A DNA stretch of 61,617 bases, filler included, from 7 parts of 7 records of this genome joined end to end with filler, not necessarily neighbours in it; one strand, 5' to 3'; counted from the whole stretch's first letter, positions 19,319 to 28,788 are shown. The notes: generated from the letters alone by a model not told the origin. A program made the numbers and translations.

Positions 19319-20233
19319 CTAATATTTTCTTTGTTTTCTGCGTTTAACGAAGTAAGAAATGTTACCCAGAATGATGAAAAGTACGATCACAAGGTGAGCA
19401 ATTGATTGCGCATCCATGAATTTTGTAGCATTTCGTCTTTCTTTGAAATTCGGTAACAGTTCACGAGCTTCATCTTTAATTACGCCGATATTGTCTTCGA
19501 TCTTACGGATAACCATGGTTTCGTACTCGGCTGCACCCGGCATACCGGCAACGATACCCTTCATCTGTCCAGATTTTACATAGGGCAGAAGTTGGTTGAC
19601 CTGGATCGATGTATTTCCACTTGATACGGGGACTTGCAGAGGATCTCCAGCATAAAGCACCCACTCGATAGCTCCCGGATAACCGGCAGATAGTGAGAAT
19701 ATAAAATCAACGTCTTTTGCTGTCTGTACATCATGCATGATCGGGATATCTGTAATAGTTGTACCTCTCGAATCGATCGAGAAGTTAGCTTTAAAGCTTT
19801 TAGTGATACCCTTGATGATCGCTTCATTACCCGGGCGATAGCCGAGGTTTACGTAGTCTACACCATACTCAAGATCAAATTCATCGTGGGCTACAAGATC
19901 CAGCGCTTCATTTGCCATAAAAAGACCGTCAGGCCATAGGCACATGATGATCACTTTATTGCCCTTGCTGAACAAGTGACGCAGAACAGAGATAGCCATA
20001 GGGTGGATCTCAGGTTTTGTTGAGGGTCCATATTCAAAAGATAACAAGACTTTTGAATCTACGGGAAGTTCATCCAAAGCGTAGAATGCATCCTCAGTCA
20101 ACTGGGTTGTCTCAATGGGAAGGCCCAGAGGAACCAGAAGAGGGAATAGTACGACCAAACCGATGATAAGAAAGATGATCCGGCGGTCGAGACTGTCTAG
20201 TTTTTCAAGAAAACTTACTTTAGACTTAGCCAT
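19319..20233 (-). CDS. Conserved hypothetical membrane-anchored protein (N- and C-terminal TMs around an alpha/beta domain)
   Basis: DRRIIFL TM, SFEYGPST.PEIHP, YGVDYVNLGY.PG, PY..SGQ..G...G..GAAEYE, MDAQS.AH TM; GGAGGTG RBS before MAKS. Confidence 0.8.
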   Translation of the reverse strand: MAKSKVSFLEKLDSLDRRIIFLIIGLVVLFPLLVPLGLPIETTQLTEDAFYALDELPVDSKVLLSFEYGPSTKPEIHPMAISVLRHLFSKGNKVIIMCLWPDGLFMANEALDLVAHDEFDLEYGVDYVNLGYRPGNEAIIKGITKSFKANFSIDSRGTTITDIPIMHDVQTAKDVDFIFSLSAGYPGAIEWVLYAGDPLQVPVSSGNTSIQVNQLLPYVKSGQMKGIVAGMPGAAEYETMVIRKIEDNIGVIKDEARELLPNFKERRNATKFMDAQSIAHLVIVLFIILGNISYFVKRRKQRKY

Positions 20234-20234
20234 A

Positions 20235-21060
20235 TTAATCACCTCCCATAAATGATTTTTCAATACCGAGGATCACTCGCAGGGATGTGCCGACGATACC
20301 AAGACCGATACCGATCATAATGGCACGGGCACCTGCGGCATTGGGGTATTGATATAACCATTCCTGGATGGTCGGTAAATGGAACCACGACAGCCAGGAA
20401 ATATTTTGTGTCCAAGCGGTTAAATAAGCACCCAGAGGGACACGACCAAGCATGATCAAAATACCTGAAACCAGAAGTACGGTTGCCTCTGCGTTACGGA
20501 TCTTGAATGCACGATAGGAAGCCGATGCTACAAAGAATGCAAGCAGAGCGAACATGGTTGCCGATAGGGGAGTGAAAAAGGAATAAAAGACCCATCTGTA
20601 ATAAGTTCTTTGTCCTTGAACATGTGACCCCCAGTTCAGCTCACCAAGAGTAACGGTGGCACCCAATTCTTCCAAGTCATCAACAACCTTTTGAGCAGCT
20701 TTCTTGGATACAACCGCTTTATGCAAGTTGATCTGTTCACCGCTCGGACCGGGATTGCCATACACAATGCCGATCTCGGTCAATTCTTCTGCTGTTATGT
20801 TATTATCGGTATCAGTCACCATTGCGATCTTTTCAAAGACAGCTTCGGGATTGTCACCGACATCTACCAAGTTAGGATAGTATCCGCCCTTGATAAAGAA
20901 ACCGAAAGTTAAGGTCATAAAGAATGCCAGAACTGCTGCCAAAGAATAAGGCCAGCCTTTCTGACGTTTAGCTACTTTGGTACCTTGCAACCTCAATAGG
21001 TTCAAAGCACCCAGGATCATCGCGAAACTTGCGATGATATCGTACCACTGTGTCGCATGG
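20235..21060 (-). CDS. Conserved hypothetical polytopic membrane protein (5'-truncated) with a soluble insert
   Basis: Frame open to the contig edge; PLSATMFALLAFFVASASYRAF, MLGRVPLG, PNAAGARAI.IG..LG...SLR.ILGIEK. Confidence 0.8.
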
Positions 21061-21160
21061 NNNNNNNNNNNNNNNNNNNNNNNNNNNNNNNNNNNNNNNN
21101 NNNNTTAATTAATTAANNNNNNNNNNNNNNNNNNNNNNNNNNNNNNNNNNNNNNNNNNNN
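21061..21160. other. Artificial contig spacer
   Basis: N44-TTAATTAATTAA-N44. Confidence 0.98.
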
Positions 21161-21471
21161 GTATATTCTACCCTATGGTCTCACTTGGAATGCTCTCATC
21201 ATCTCTTTTCCAGGGTGTTGGAAAAGGTATGAATGCTCTTTTCGCAACCATTCTGCGTGCTTTGATATTTGTCCCTATCTTCGCAATGTTCTTTGCTTTC
21301 AGTATGGATATGGGGTTGGTCGGTATCTGGTGGGGAATTGTCATAGGTAATGCCATGGGTTCACTGTTCATCTTTGTCTGGGCAAGGGTTTATGTTGGCA
21401 GATTGCTAAGGTCAAAAGAACCTGTTGATAGTCCCCATAAATTGATCGAGCATGAGGAGCTAAGAGTATAA
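21161..21471 (+). CDS. MATE-family efflux transporter, C-terminal fragment
   Basis: FQGVGKG..AL..TILR...GLVGIWWG is a typical MATE C-terminus. Confidence 0.82.
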
Positions 21472-21627
21472 CCTGAGTATAGTTAGTCCAAGCATTTTCA
21501 TTCACTTTGAATTCAAAAGATATTTAATGCACACCGGGATATATTCCTTAATGATTTTCCTGTCCTGCATCTCTCCTTAGTATATATGTCAGGGCATGAG
21601 TACTAATATCCGCGAGTTGAGGTTTCC

Positions 21628-22821
21628 ATGGCAGATATATCCCGCAAAGCAGAAGTTCAGGACGAATCGAAGTCACAGAAGGGGACTTCTGATGAGAAGG
21701 GCATCCTCCTTTTTGAGACTACAGGTAAGGAGAAGGTTTACCGGCACAAGGATTCGATAGTTGTCAGCCTTCCCCCGAGAAGAAAGACACTCACAACTTC
21801 CTGGTTAAACGGTGGTCACAGGGACGATATCAGGACGATCTTCAACCACAGGGTGCCAAAGGGCAAGCATGCTCCAAAGGACCTGGATGGTGGAAGCATT
21901 CCTGCCTATCTTTCAATTATTGCAAAAAGACTTGGTGCTGATCCGGATACTTCTTCAGGACTGCTGACTGCTGCTAATATGGAGAATGTGGCGATAGTGA
22001 CAAGGTCTTTCCGTGGTGTGGAGGTGACTGCTGTCATGACTGCCGGTATTGAGGTGAACGGTGGCCGTGCCGGAGATCCTGCTTCATACTATCAGGAAGA
22101 TGGTTCGCATCAGTTCATCCAGGGAACCATAAACACTATATTACTCATAGGTGCAGACCTTCCTGCTTATGCAATGACAAGAGCTATCATCACCGCTACT
22201 GAAGCCAAAACTGCTGCTTTGCAACAACTGATGGCTCCCAGTCGGTATTCCAGTGGAATAGCCACAGGCTCGGGTACCGATATGATCGCTATGGTTGCAG
22301 ATGGCACAAGCTCTCTTTTGTTAACTGATGCAGGGCATCATTCAAAGCTTGGGGAACTGATAGGGGATGTCGTAATTGAATGCACCTTAAAGGCTCTTGA
22401 GAAACAATCTGATCTGACAGTACTTTCACAGAGGGATATGCTGGTGAGACTTGAACGTTTTGGAGTAGATGAGAGCAACTTCTGGAAAACAGCTTCACAT
22501 ATGAACGGTGATAACCGAAAGGCCGCTTTCTTAAAAACACTGCGTGAGATGTCAAAGAGTCCTGTGATGGTGGGCGCCACTGGTTCAATACTGCATATAG
22601 TTGATGAGATATCATGGGGGCTTGTACCGGAAACTGCAGGCAGGAGAGTGGCAGTTTCTGTGATGGAGAACTTGCCGGAAATGCTTGGTTTAAAGGTGGA
22701 TTTGCCTTTTGATGAGCTTACTGATGAAAAAGACAGCATCATCGAGAATTGGATTCGTGTAACATCATGGATTGCAAAAAACTGTAATATGGAAGGGTTT
22801 TGTGGTCTGGAAGGTCACTAA
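21628..22821 (+). CDS. cbiZ: Adenosylcobinamide amidohydrolase CbiZ (corrinoid salvage)
   Basis: TSWLNGG, GLLTAANM, TAGIEVNGGRAGDPA, GTIN, TATEAKTAALQ, ATGSGTD, GHHSKLGELIG. Confidence 0.92.
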   Translation: MADISRKAEVQDESKSQKGTSDEKGILLFETTGKEKVYRHKDSIVVSLPPRRKTLTTSWLNGGHRDDIRTIFNHRVPKGKHAPKDLDGGSIPAYLSIIAKRLGADPDTSSGLLTAANMENVAIVTRSFRGVEVTAVMTAGIEVNGGRAGDPASYYQEDGSHQFIQGTINTILLIGADLPAYAMTRAIITATEAKTAALQQLMAPSRYSSGIATGSGTDMIAMVADGTSSLLLTDAGHHSKLGELIGDVVIECTLKALEKQSDLTVLSQRDMLVRLERFGVDESNFWKTASHMNGDNRKAAFLKTLREMSKSPVMVGATGSILHIVDEISWGLVPETAGRRVAVSVMENLPEMLGLKVDLPFDELTDEKDSIIENWIRVTSWIAKNCNMEGFCGLEGH

Positions 22822-22830
22822 GGTGTAATA

Positions 22831-23811
22831 ATGAAAGAACTGATGAATCTCTCTCTTTATGAAGACGATATGAAGATGTTCAATTTTGACTGGGGGATGA
22901 TACGTAATTTTCTTGTCAGGCACGACCTCGATGGTCTGGAGCTATTTGTTGATTCTTCTCCTCTTCCGGAGCTGCCCCATGATCTTATAGAGGGTGTGCA
23001 TCTTCCATACTGGATGGGAAGGCACAGGGCATGGGCTGATCCGTCAGCATTCTCCCAGGAGATGGAAGAGTTTGAGCAGGTTTATGTTTTCGGTGGAGGG
23101 AACAAGGAGGAAGTTATAGATAATTTCAGGGCTTCCCTTGAGAATGCAGCAAAACTAGATGCTTCTTATGGTGTTTTTCATGTTTCTTATGCTGAGCTTG
23201 AGCAGGTTTTTACCCGCTGTTTTGATTGTACGGACTATGATGTGCTTGCAACGACAGCTGATTTTCTGAACGAAGCCGTTTCTGTGTATCCCAGAGGGGA
23301 GCCGCCGGTAAGATTATTTTTTGAGAATCTGTGGTGGCCAGGTCTTACTTTTCTTGAACCAATGAACGTCGAACACTTTTCAGGCATGCTTGATTTTGAT
23401 AACTGGGCATTTGTGCTTGATACCGGACACATGATGAATGCAACTATGAGATGTGATGATGAGGAATGCGCAATAGATCTCATATTGAGTTTGCTTTCAA
23501 CCCATTCAGAGGAGTTCATTGAAAGGATCGAAGGGATGCACTTCCATTGCAGCCTTTCAGGTGAGTATATGCGTCAATCCGGGGGAATGGAAGTTCCTGT
23601 GGGCTTTGATGACCTTCCTTTTCTTGAAAGGCTTATGTCTGTGATGAAGATACTTGAGCAGATGGATCATCACATGCCTTTTACCATTGCAAGATGTTCT
23701 GAGATTGTAGATTTTGTTTGTCCTGAGTTTCTTACGCATGAGTTTGTGTCGCCTGATTTGCATTCGCTTGATGAGAAATTATTGACTCAGAGACGTGCGC
23801 TTCATTTATGA
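22831..23811 (+). CDS. Xylose-isomerase-like / AP-endonuclease-2 TIM-barrel protein
   Basis: GVHLPYW, YGVFHVS, FENLWWPGL, LDTGH, GMHFH, DHH, THE metal-binding residues. Confidence 0.8.
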   Translation: MKELMNLSLYEDDMKMFNFDWGMIRNFLVRHDLDGLELFVDSSPLPELPHDLIEGVHLPYWMGRHRAWADPSAFSQEMEEFEQVYVFGGGNKEEVIDNFRASLENAAKLDASYGVFHVSYAELEQVFTRCFDCTDYDVLATTADFLNEAVSVYPRGEPPVRLFFENLWWPGLTFLEPMNVEHFSGMLDFDNWAFVLDTGHMMNATMRCDDEECAIDLILSLLSTHSEEFIERIEGMHFHCSLSGEYMRQSGGMEVPVGFDDLPFLERLMSVMKILEQMDHHMPFTIARCSEIVDFVCPEFLTHEFVSPDLHSLDEKLLTQRRALHL

Positions 23812-23942
23812 CATGGATACATGTCTTTTGTTTTTATCTTTGCTATTTTTAGTATTATACTTATATTATTTTGAAACATGGTCTATTTAATGCACCGTTT
23901 CTGTGGAAAACTATATATTCAACTCACGAATTACTTCTAATT

Positions 23943-24497
23943 ATGAGTACTACTGATAACAATGATCTTAGTGGCCCGGAACACAATGACCGCTTGAAAC
24001 TTTTCAGCGCTCTTGGAAGTGAAACAAGACTCAGGATGTTGCAAAGACTTACTGAGGGCGAGATGCACATCTCCGAACTTGCAAGGGAATTGAGTATTTC
24101 CGTTCCTGTGGCTGCAAAGCATGCTAATATCCTGGAAGATGCTGAACTTATCCTGCGTAAAGTTTATGGCAAAACCCATGTACTGCAGTTGAATAACAAG
24201 AACATTTTCAATGCCCTTGATATATTTGCACCTTCAAGAACCGTTGAAGTAGAAAAAGGTGCTACACTTCTTGAAACACTTAAAAAAGCTGCAGTGGTTG
24301 AAGTTAAGAATGTTCATGGTCAGGACAACATTGTATCCACAAACGGTGAAGAAGGTTTCTTTGTCTATGAAGTCAATGGTGTTTTCTCAGATCAGAATGT
24401 TAATGAGTTTACGTTTGACAGTGATTCAACTGTTATGTGGAAAAAACTTGAACCTATCAGCATATTGAAAGTGAAAGTAAAAATCAAGGAAGATTAA
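23943..24497 (+). CDS. ArsR-family regulator with C-terminal transcobalamin-like (DUF4430-like) domain
   Basis: FSALGSETRLRML...ISELARELSISVPVAAKHANILE wHTH; C-terminal VEVEKGATLLETLKK...IVSTNG...FVYEVNG...NEFTF...VMW. Start placed at ATG 23943 behind a TATA-like AAAACTATATAT. Confidence 0.8.
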   Translation: MSTTDNNDLSGPEHNDRLKLFSALGSETRLRMLQRLTEGEMHISELARELSISVPVAAKHANILEDAELILRKVYGKTHVLQLNNKNIFNALDIFAPSRTVEVEKGATLLETLKKAAVVEVKNVHGQDNIVSTNGEEGFFVYEVNGVFSDQNVNEFTFDSDSTVMWKKLEPISILKVKVKIKED

Positions 24498-24667
24498 GCT
24501 TTTTTTCTTCTGCACAACTGGTTTCTGACAACTGGTTGTCGATAACTTTTTTCCTATTATCCTCTCTTTTCTTTTATTTTTCCTGGCGTCTGCTTTGTAT
24601 TATTTTACATATGAATACTTTCACCCTGCTTGCCGGTTATTTATATCCGTAAATTGCGTATTATTCT

Positions 24668-25813
24668 TTGATGACGCATAGAAATCCTGTTAATGAGCAC
24701 CATATGACGCTTATGGAAAGGATGAGAGTATTATCCGAAGGCACAAAATATGACAGCTGCAACCAGAGTTCAGTCTGCCATGCTTTTGGTCCGGATGGCC
24801 GCTGCATACAACTTTATAAAACGCTTATGACCAATGCGTGTTCCGGGGAGTGCACGTATTGTCCTAACAGATGCGGCAGGGATTCTATGCGGGCGTCACT
24901 TACTCCTGAAGAGATTGCAAAGATAACTTTGTCATTTTACAGAAGGAATGCCATCGAGGGTTTGTTTTTGTCTTCTGGTGTAATGGGGGATGCTGAAAGG
25001 ACAGCTGAAAAACAACTGGAGGTTGCAAATCTTTTGCGTGGCCAGGGATTTACAGGATATATCAATATTCGCGTAATGCCCGGTACTCCGAAATATTTGC
25101 TTGAGGAAATTGCAGATTGTGCGAACAAGTTCGGTGTTAATGCTGAAACTACTAATTCACTGAACTATTCTGAGATTTGTCCCAATTTTGATTACAAAAA
25201 CGATGTTCTTCAGCGCCTGCAATGGACTCGTGATCTTATTAAGAAGAAGAGGAGTGAGGAAGGTTTCGGGGGTAGAATAATCGGTGCCAACGACACGCAA
25301 TTTGTTGTGGGTGCTTTGCAGGAGCCAGACAGGGAAATTATCGGAACCGTTGAGAAATTTATGGACCGGTATGAACTCAGGAGGCCATATTTCATGAGTT
25401 TTGATCCTGTTCCGTCCACACCTCTTGAGAATAATGAACCTTCGCCTCTGTGGAGGGAGGTGCGCCTGTACCAGACATCCTACCTGTTGAAAGATTATGG
25501 GCTGACTGCCAGGGATCTGGATAGTGTTCTTGACGAGAATGGTTTCCTTCTTGATCATGATCCGAAGATGCTGCTTGCTTCATGCAGTCCTGATATGTTC
25601 CCGGTGAACATCAACACTGCAAGCAGGGATGACCTTCTCAGGGTGCCGGGAATTGGTCCGGTAGGAGCTAACCGGATTCTCCAGTCAAGACCCATAAGCT
25701 CGGAAAAAGAGCTTGCACGTATGGGTGTTGTGCTGACCCGTGCACGTCCTTTCATTGAAATAAATGGTAAAAGGCAGACAAACCTTTTTTCATTTGCAGG
25801 GGTTGGAGCATGA
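24668..25813 (+). CDS. Putative DNA modification/repair radical SAM protein with C-terminal HhH (TIGR03916-like)
   Basis: KYDSC, CHAFGPDGRCIQLYKTLMTNACSGECTYC, IEGLFLSSG, TQFVVGA, RE.RLYQ.SYL..YG, VNINTASRDDLLRVPGIG. Confidence 0.88.
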   Translation: MMTHRNPVNEHHMTLMERMRVLSEGTKYDSCNQSSVCHAFGPDGRCIQLYKTLMTNACSGECTYCPNRCGRDSMRASLTPEEIAKITLSFYRRNAIEGLFLSSGVMGDAERTAEKQLEVANLLRGQGFTGYINIRVMPGTPKYLLEEIADCANKFGVNAETTNSLNYSEICPNFDYKNDVLQRLQWTRDLIKKKRSEEGFGGRIIGANDTQFVVGALQEPDREIIGTVEKFMDRYELRRPYFMSFDPVPSTPLENNEPSPLWREVRLYQTSYLLKDYGLTARDLDSVLDENGFLLDHDPKMLLASCSPDMFPVNINTASRDDLLRVPGIGPVGANRILQSRPISSEKELARMGVVLTRARPFIEINGKRQTNLFSFAGVGA

Positions 25814-26655
25814 TAGTAGCTTTCAAGGAAAATGTTGAAGGTGTCCTTCTTGCCTGTTCCGAGCTCATGGATAATCCTGAATGTGAACTCATGTCTGCAA
25901 AGAGCAGGGATGATCTCAGTCAGAAAATTGAGTTCACAGGAATTGATGGTGTAAAGACATTGGGTTTCAGAGCTGCTACGGATACCTTCAAACTGGTTAA
26001 CTATATTTTTGGAAAAAAGAGACAAAGGATGTTTCAGAGGGATCCGGATGTCGAAGGCTACATATCCCTGGTTCTCAGGCATCACAATTCAAAGCCAGTG
26101 GAACTTGTCAGGTTTTTACACTCATGTAATGGCAATTCCGAACTGCTTTACTCCGGGAAGACTCTTGTTGGTAAGAGATACTATAATTACATGCGTGATG
26201 TGAGTCGTTCATATAATCGTTTGTGTATGTTTGCGCGCCCCTATTTTGTTAATGGTGTGTTATCTGTAAAAGTGGAGTCTCCTCATCAAATCGGAGATAT
26301 GTTTTGTCGATGGCTTTCCAGAAAGAATCCGGATCTTCCTGTATCGGTAATTGAAGGTGAAGTTGCATGGATCGGCAATGGTAGCCATGTAGGGCTGGAG
26401 CATTACACACAGGTTGCTTCCTCGCTTGCAGGAAGCCTGGAATTTGCCGGTGCATGTGATGAGATTGATGATCTATGGGACACATATTATGATTCTCAGT
26501 TTATCCCTAAAAGAAGAAACAAAGGTCATGCAAGAAGCCTGCAGCCAAAGGCTTCTGCATCAATGAGCAAGATGGCAAAGAGGGACAGTTACAAAGTTGA
26601 AAGAGGGATTGCAAACTGCACACTGGATAGTTTTGCGTCCCATTCGGAGGTATGA
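25810..26655 (+). CDS. DUF4130-family protein (TIGR03915-like partner of the rSAM enzyme)
   Basis: ATGA overlap with the rSAM stop; R.CMFARP, H.IGD, DDLWDTYYDSQFIPKRRN. Confidence 0.72.
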   Translation: MIVAFKENVEGVLLACSELMDNPECELMSAKSRDDLSQKIEFTGIDGVKTLGFRAATDTFKLVNYIFGKKRQRMFQRDPDVEGYISLVLRHHNSKPVELVRFLHSCNGNSELLYSGKTLVGKRYYNYMRDVSRSYNRLCMFARPYFVNGVLSVKVESPHQIGDMFCRWLSRKNPDLPVSVIEGEVAWIGNGSHVGLEHYTQVASSLAGSLEFAGACDEIDDLWDTYYDSQFIPKRRNKGHARSLQPKASASMSKMAKRDSYKVERGIANCTLDSFASHSEV

Positions 26656-28766
26656 TGTTAGCTGAGGTCAGGACACTACAGGATATTCCTCGTATAGGGG
26701 ACAAGATGTCGAAGCGCTTTGTTGAACATTTCGGAACAGAGGGGCAGGCACTTGATGCTATACTTGCCGGTGATATTGCAAGTATTTCTGAGGTGGAAGG
26801 TATAGGACAACGTTATGCCATCTCTCTGATACAGGATGTAGCTTCCAGAGTGGAAGGTGTGAATGTGACCGATTTCCTGAGGACAAGGGAGTCCATGGAC
26901 GTCTATGAAAAACTTCTGGATCTTATCAAGGAGTTCGCACACACTCGTTACTCAAAGGATAAATTACATGTGTTCTTCCCATATCCTGCTACCAAATCTG
27001 AAAAGATAATGGAGATACGTAATTCTGTATCCTACTATATGGAAACGGCCGCCGTCCTTGAAGGTAATGGATCGGTTGCAGAGTTGCTTCCAAAGGTGTC
27101 ACAGCTTAATTTCAAACATCAGTATCCAAAGGTGCGGGACAGGGTAATTATCACATCCGATCAGGATGATTATGAGTATGCAAGAAATCGTTTTACAGGT
27201 CTTATTGATGTTCATTTCACCCGTTCCCTTTCAGAGTTTATCGATGTTTCCCGGGGATTCTCACAGGTAATTGCTGTAGGTGATGACTATCTGGCATTCG
27301 ATTTCCCTGAGGATGTAGAACCTGAATTCATTGCCGACCTCAACGACCTTGAGGATTTCAAGGTTGTACCGGAAAAGGAGATATTTGCATTCTCCCAAAA
27401 CCTCAGATCGCTGGAATCATCTATAAAGGTCGTCAAGTTGCTGCGCTCCAGAGGTATCTGTTTCTTTGACAGGATGGATGATGATACCCTTGAACTGCTT
27501 GCTTCTACATTGTCTCTTATCGATGAAGATGGGGATATTGTTCACGGAACTGACGAAGAGCTGGATAGGATCACCAATGCTATTGAAAGGCTTCAATCCA
27601 CGGTTTCAGAATCAGTGTCCTTTGTCAATGACGAACTGAATTCGTGTCTTGAAAAGAGTCAGATGACGTTAAGTGGCCAGGATATGTTGAAGGTCATGAA
27701 CGGGTCTATTGAACTTAAGGAGATGCTTGGTAAGACACTTCACAAAAGCTATCATTCCATAATCAAACAGGGAGTGGAGAAGATATGCAATGACCTTCAA
27801 CTGGAGAAAAAAGAAAGGCTGATGGTCGATTCTCTTTTCCCGGAAGATATCACACATCCTGCAGAAGCAGATGTCGATAATCTCACTGCTTTGAAGCAGT
27901 ATCTGAATAAAAAGGCCCAGAAAAGGAAATTCGACCATAAGCGTGAAGTTTCCCGTATACTGTCTTCTTACAGGGAGTTATCAAGGGAACTAGCACGTGA
28001 GGTGCTTGATTTCGACGTGGGTTTTGCCATTGGTTCTTTTGCACTAAAATATGGCCTTGTTATGCCTGATATAACAGACAGTACAGGAGTTGGTTTTAAA
28101 GGTGGAAGGAACCTTTTCCTGCTCTCCAGACATGGTGATGTAATTCCTATAGATTATTCTGTGGGTGAGAACAAGTTCAGTCCAAAAGACGAGATTAGCA
28201 AGGTCGTGTTGTTGAGTGGCGTTAACTCAGGAGGTAAGACATCACTCCTGGAACTTCTGGCACAGGGAATCATTCTTGCACACATGGGGTTCCCCGTTCC
28301 TGCTGAGGCTATGGAACTATCTCTCACGGAGTCGATGTACTACTTTGCCAAGTCAAAAGGCACTCTTGATGCAGGGGCATTTGAGACAACACTCACTGAG
28401 TTCTCCGTGGTTGCCGATAAATCTGAAAAATTCGTACTGGCAGACGAACTGGAATCAATAACCGAACCTGGTGCATCTGCAAAAATCATGGCAGGTATTT
28501 TGGAGGTGCTCAGTGAGAACGATAGTACAATGTCTATATTCGTATCTCACCTTTCAGAGCAGATTATGGAGAACACGGCGTGTGATATAAGGGTAGATGG
28601 AATCGAGGCAAGTGGACTGGACTCGGAACTGAACCTCATTGTCGACAGGAGTCCACGTTACAATTATGTCGCAAAGAGCACTCCAGAGTTGATCGTGGAG
28701 CGTCTCTCCAAAAAGACAAAAGGAAAAGAACAGGCTTTCTATGATAAATTAAGAAGCAAGTTTTAA
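26652..28766 (+). CDS. Archaeal MutS-family ATPase (MutS2/MutS5-like) with N-terminal HhH and no mismatch-binding domain
   Basis: IPRIGDK and VEGIGQR HhH motifs; Walker A GVNSGGKT, LAHMGFPVPA, AGAFETTL, Walker B VLADELE, VSHL. Confidence 0.88.
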   Translation: MMLAEVRTLQDIPRIGDKMSKRFVEHFGTEGQALDAILAGDIASISEVEGIGQRYAISLIQDVASRVEGVNVTDFLRTRESMDVYEKLLDLIKEFAHTRYSKDKLHVFFPYPATKSEKIMEIRNSVSYYMETAAVLEGNGSVAELLPKVSQLNFKHQYPKVRDRVIITSDQDDYEYARNRFTGLIDVHFTRSLSEFIDVSRGFSQVIAVGDDYLAFDFPEDVEPEFIADLNDLEDFKVVPEKEIFAFSQNLRSLESSIKVVKLLRSRGICFFDRMDDDTLELLASTLSLIDEDGDIVHGTDEELDRITNAIERLQSTVSESVSFVNDELNSCLEKSQMTLSGQDMLKVMNGSIELKEMLGKTLHKSYHSIIKQGVEKICNDLQLEKKERLMVDSLFPEDITHPAEADVDNLTALKQYLNKKAQKRKFDHKREVSRILSSYRELSRELAREVLDFDVGFAIGSFALKYGLVMPDITDSTGVGFKGGRNLFLLSRHGDVIPIDYSVGENKFSPKDEISKVVLLSGVNSGGKTSLLELLAQGIILAHMGFPVPAEAMELSLTESMYYFAKSKGTLDAGAFETTLTEFSVVADKSEKFVLADELESITEPGASAKIMAGILEVLSENDSTMSIFVSHLSEQIMENTACDIRVDGIEASGLDSELNLIVDRSPRYNYVAKSTPELIVERLSKKTKGKEQAFYDKLRSKF

Positions 28767-28788
28767 TAAGGGTAATAAATTGAAATAA

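Noticed and set aside
21472-21627. Cobalamin riboswitch upstream of cbiZ
   Set aside because: Short AT-rich region without recognisable B12-box or GGGAA/GCCACTG elements by eye; a covariance-model search would be decisive.
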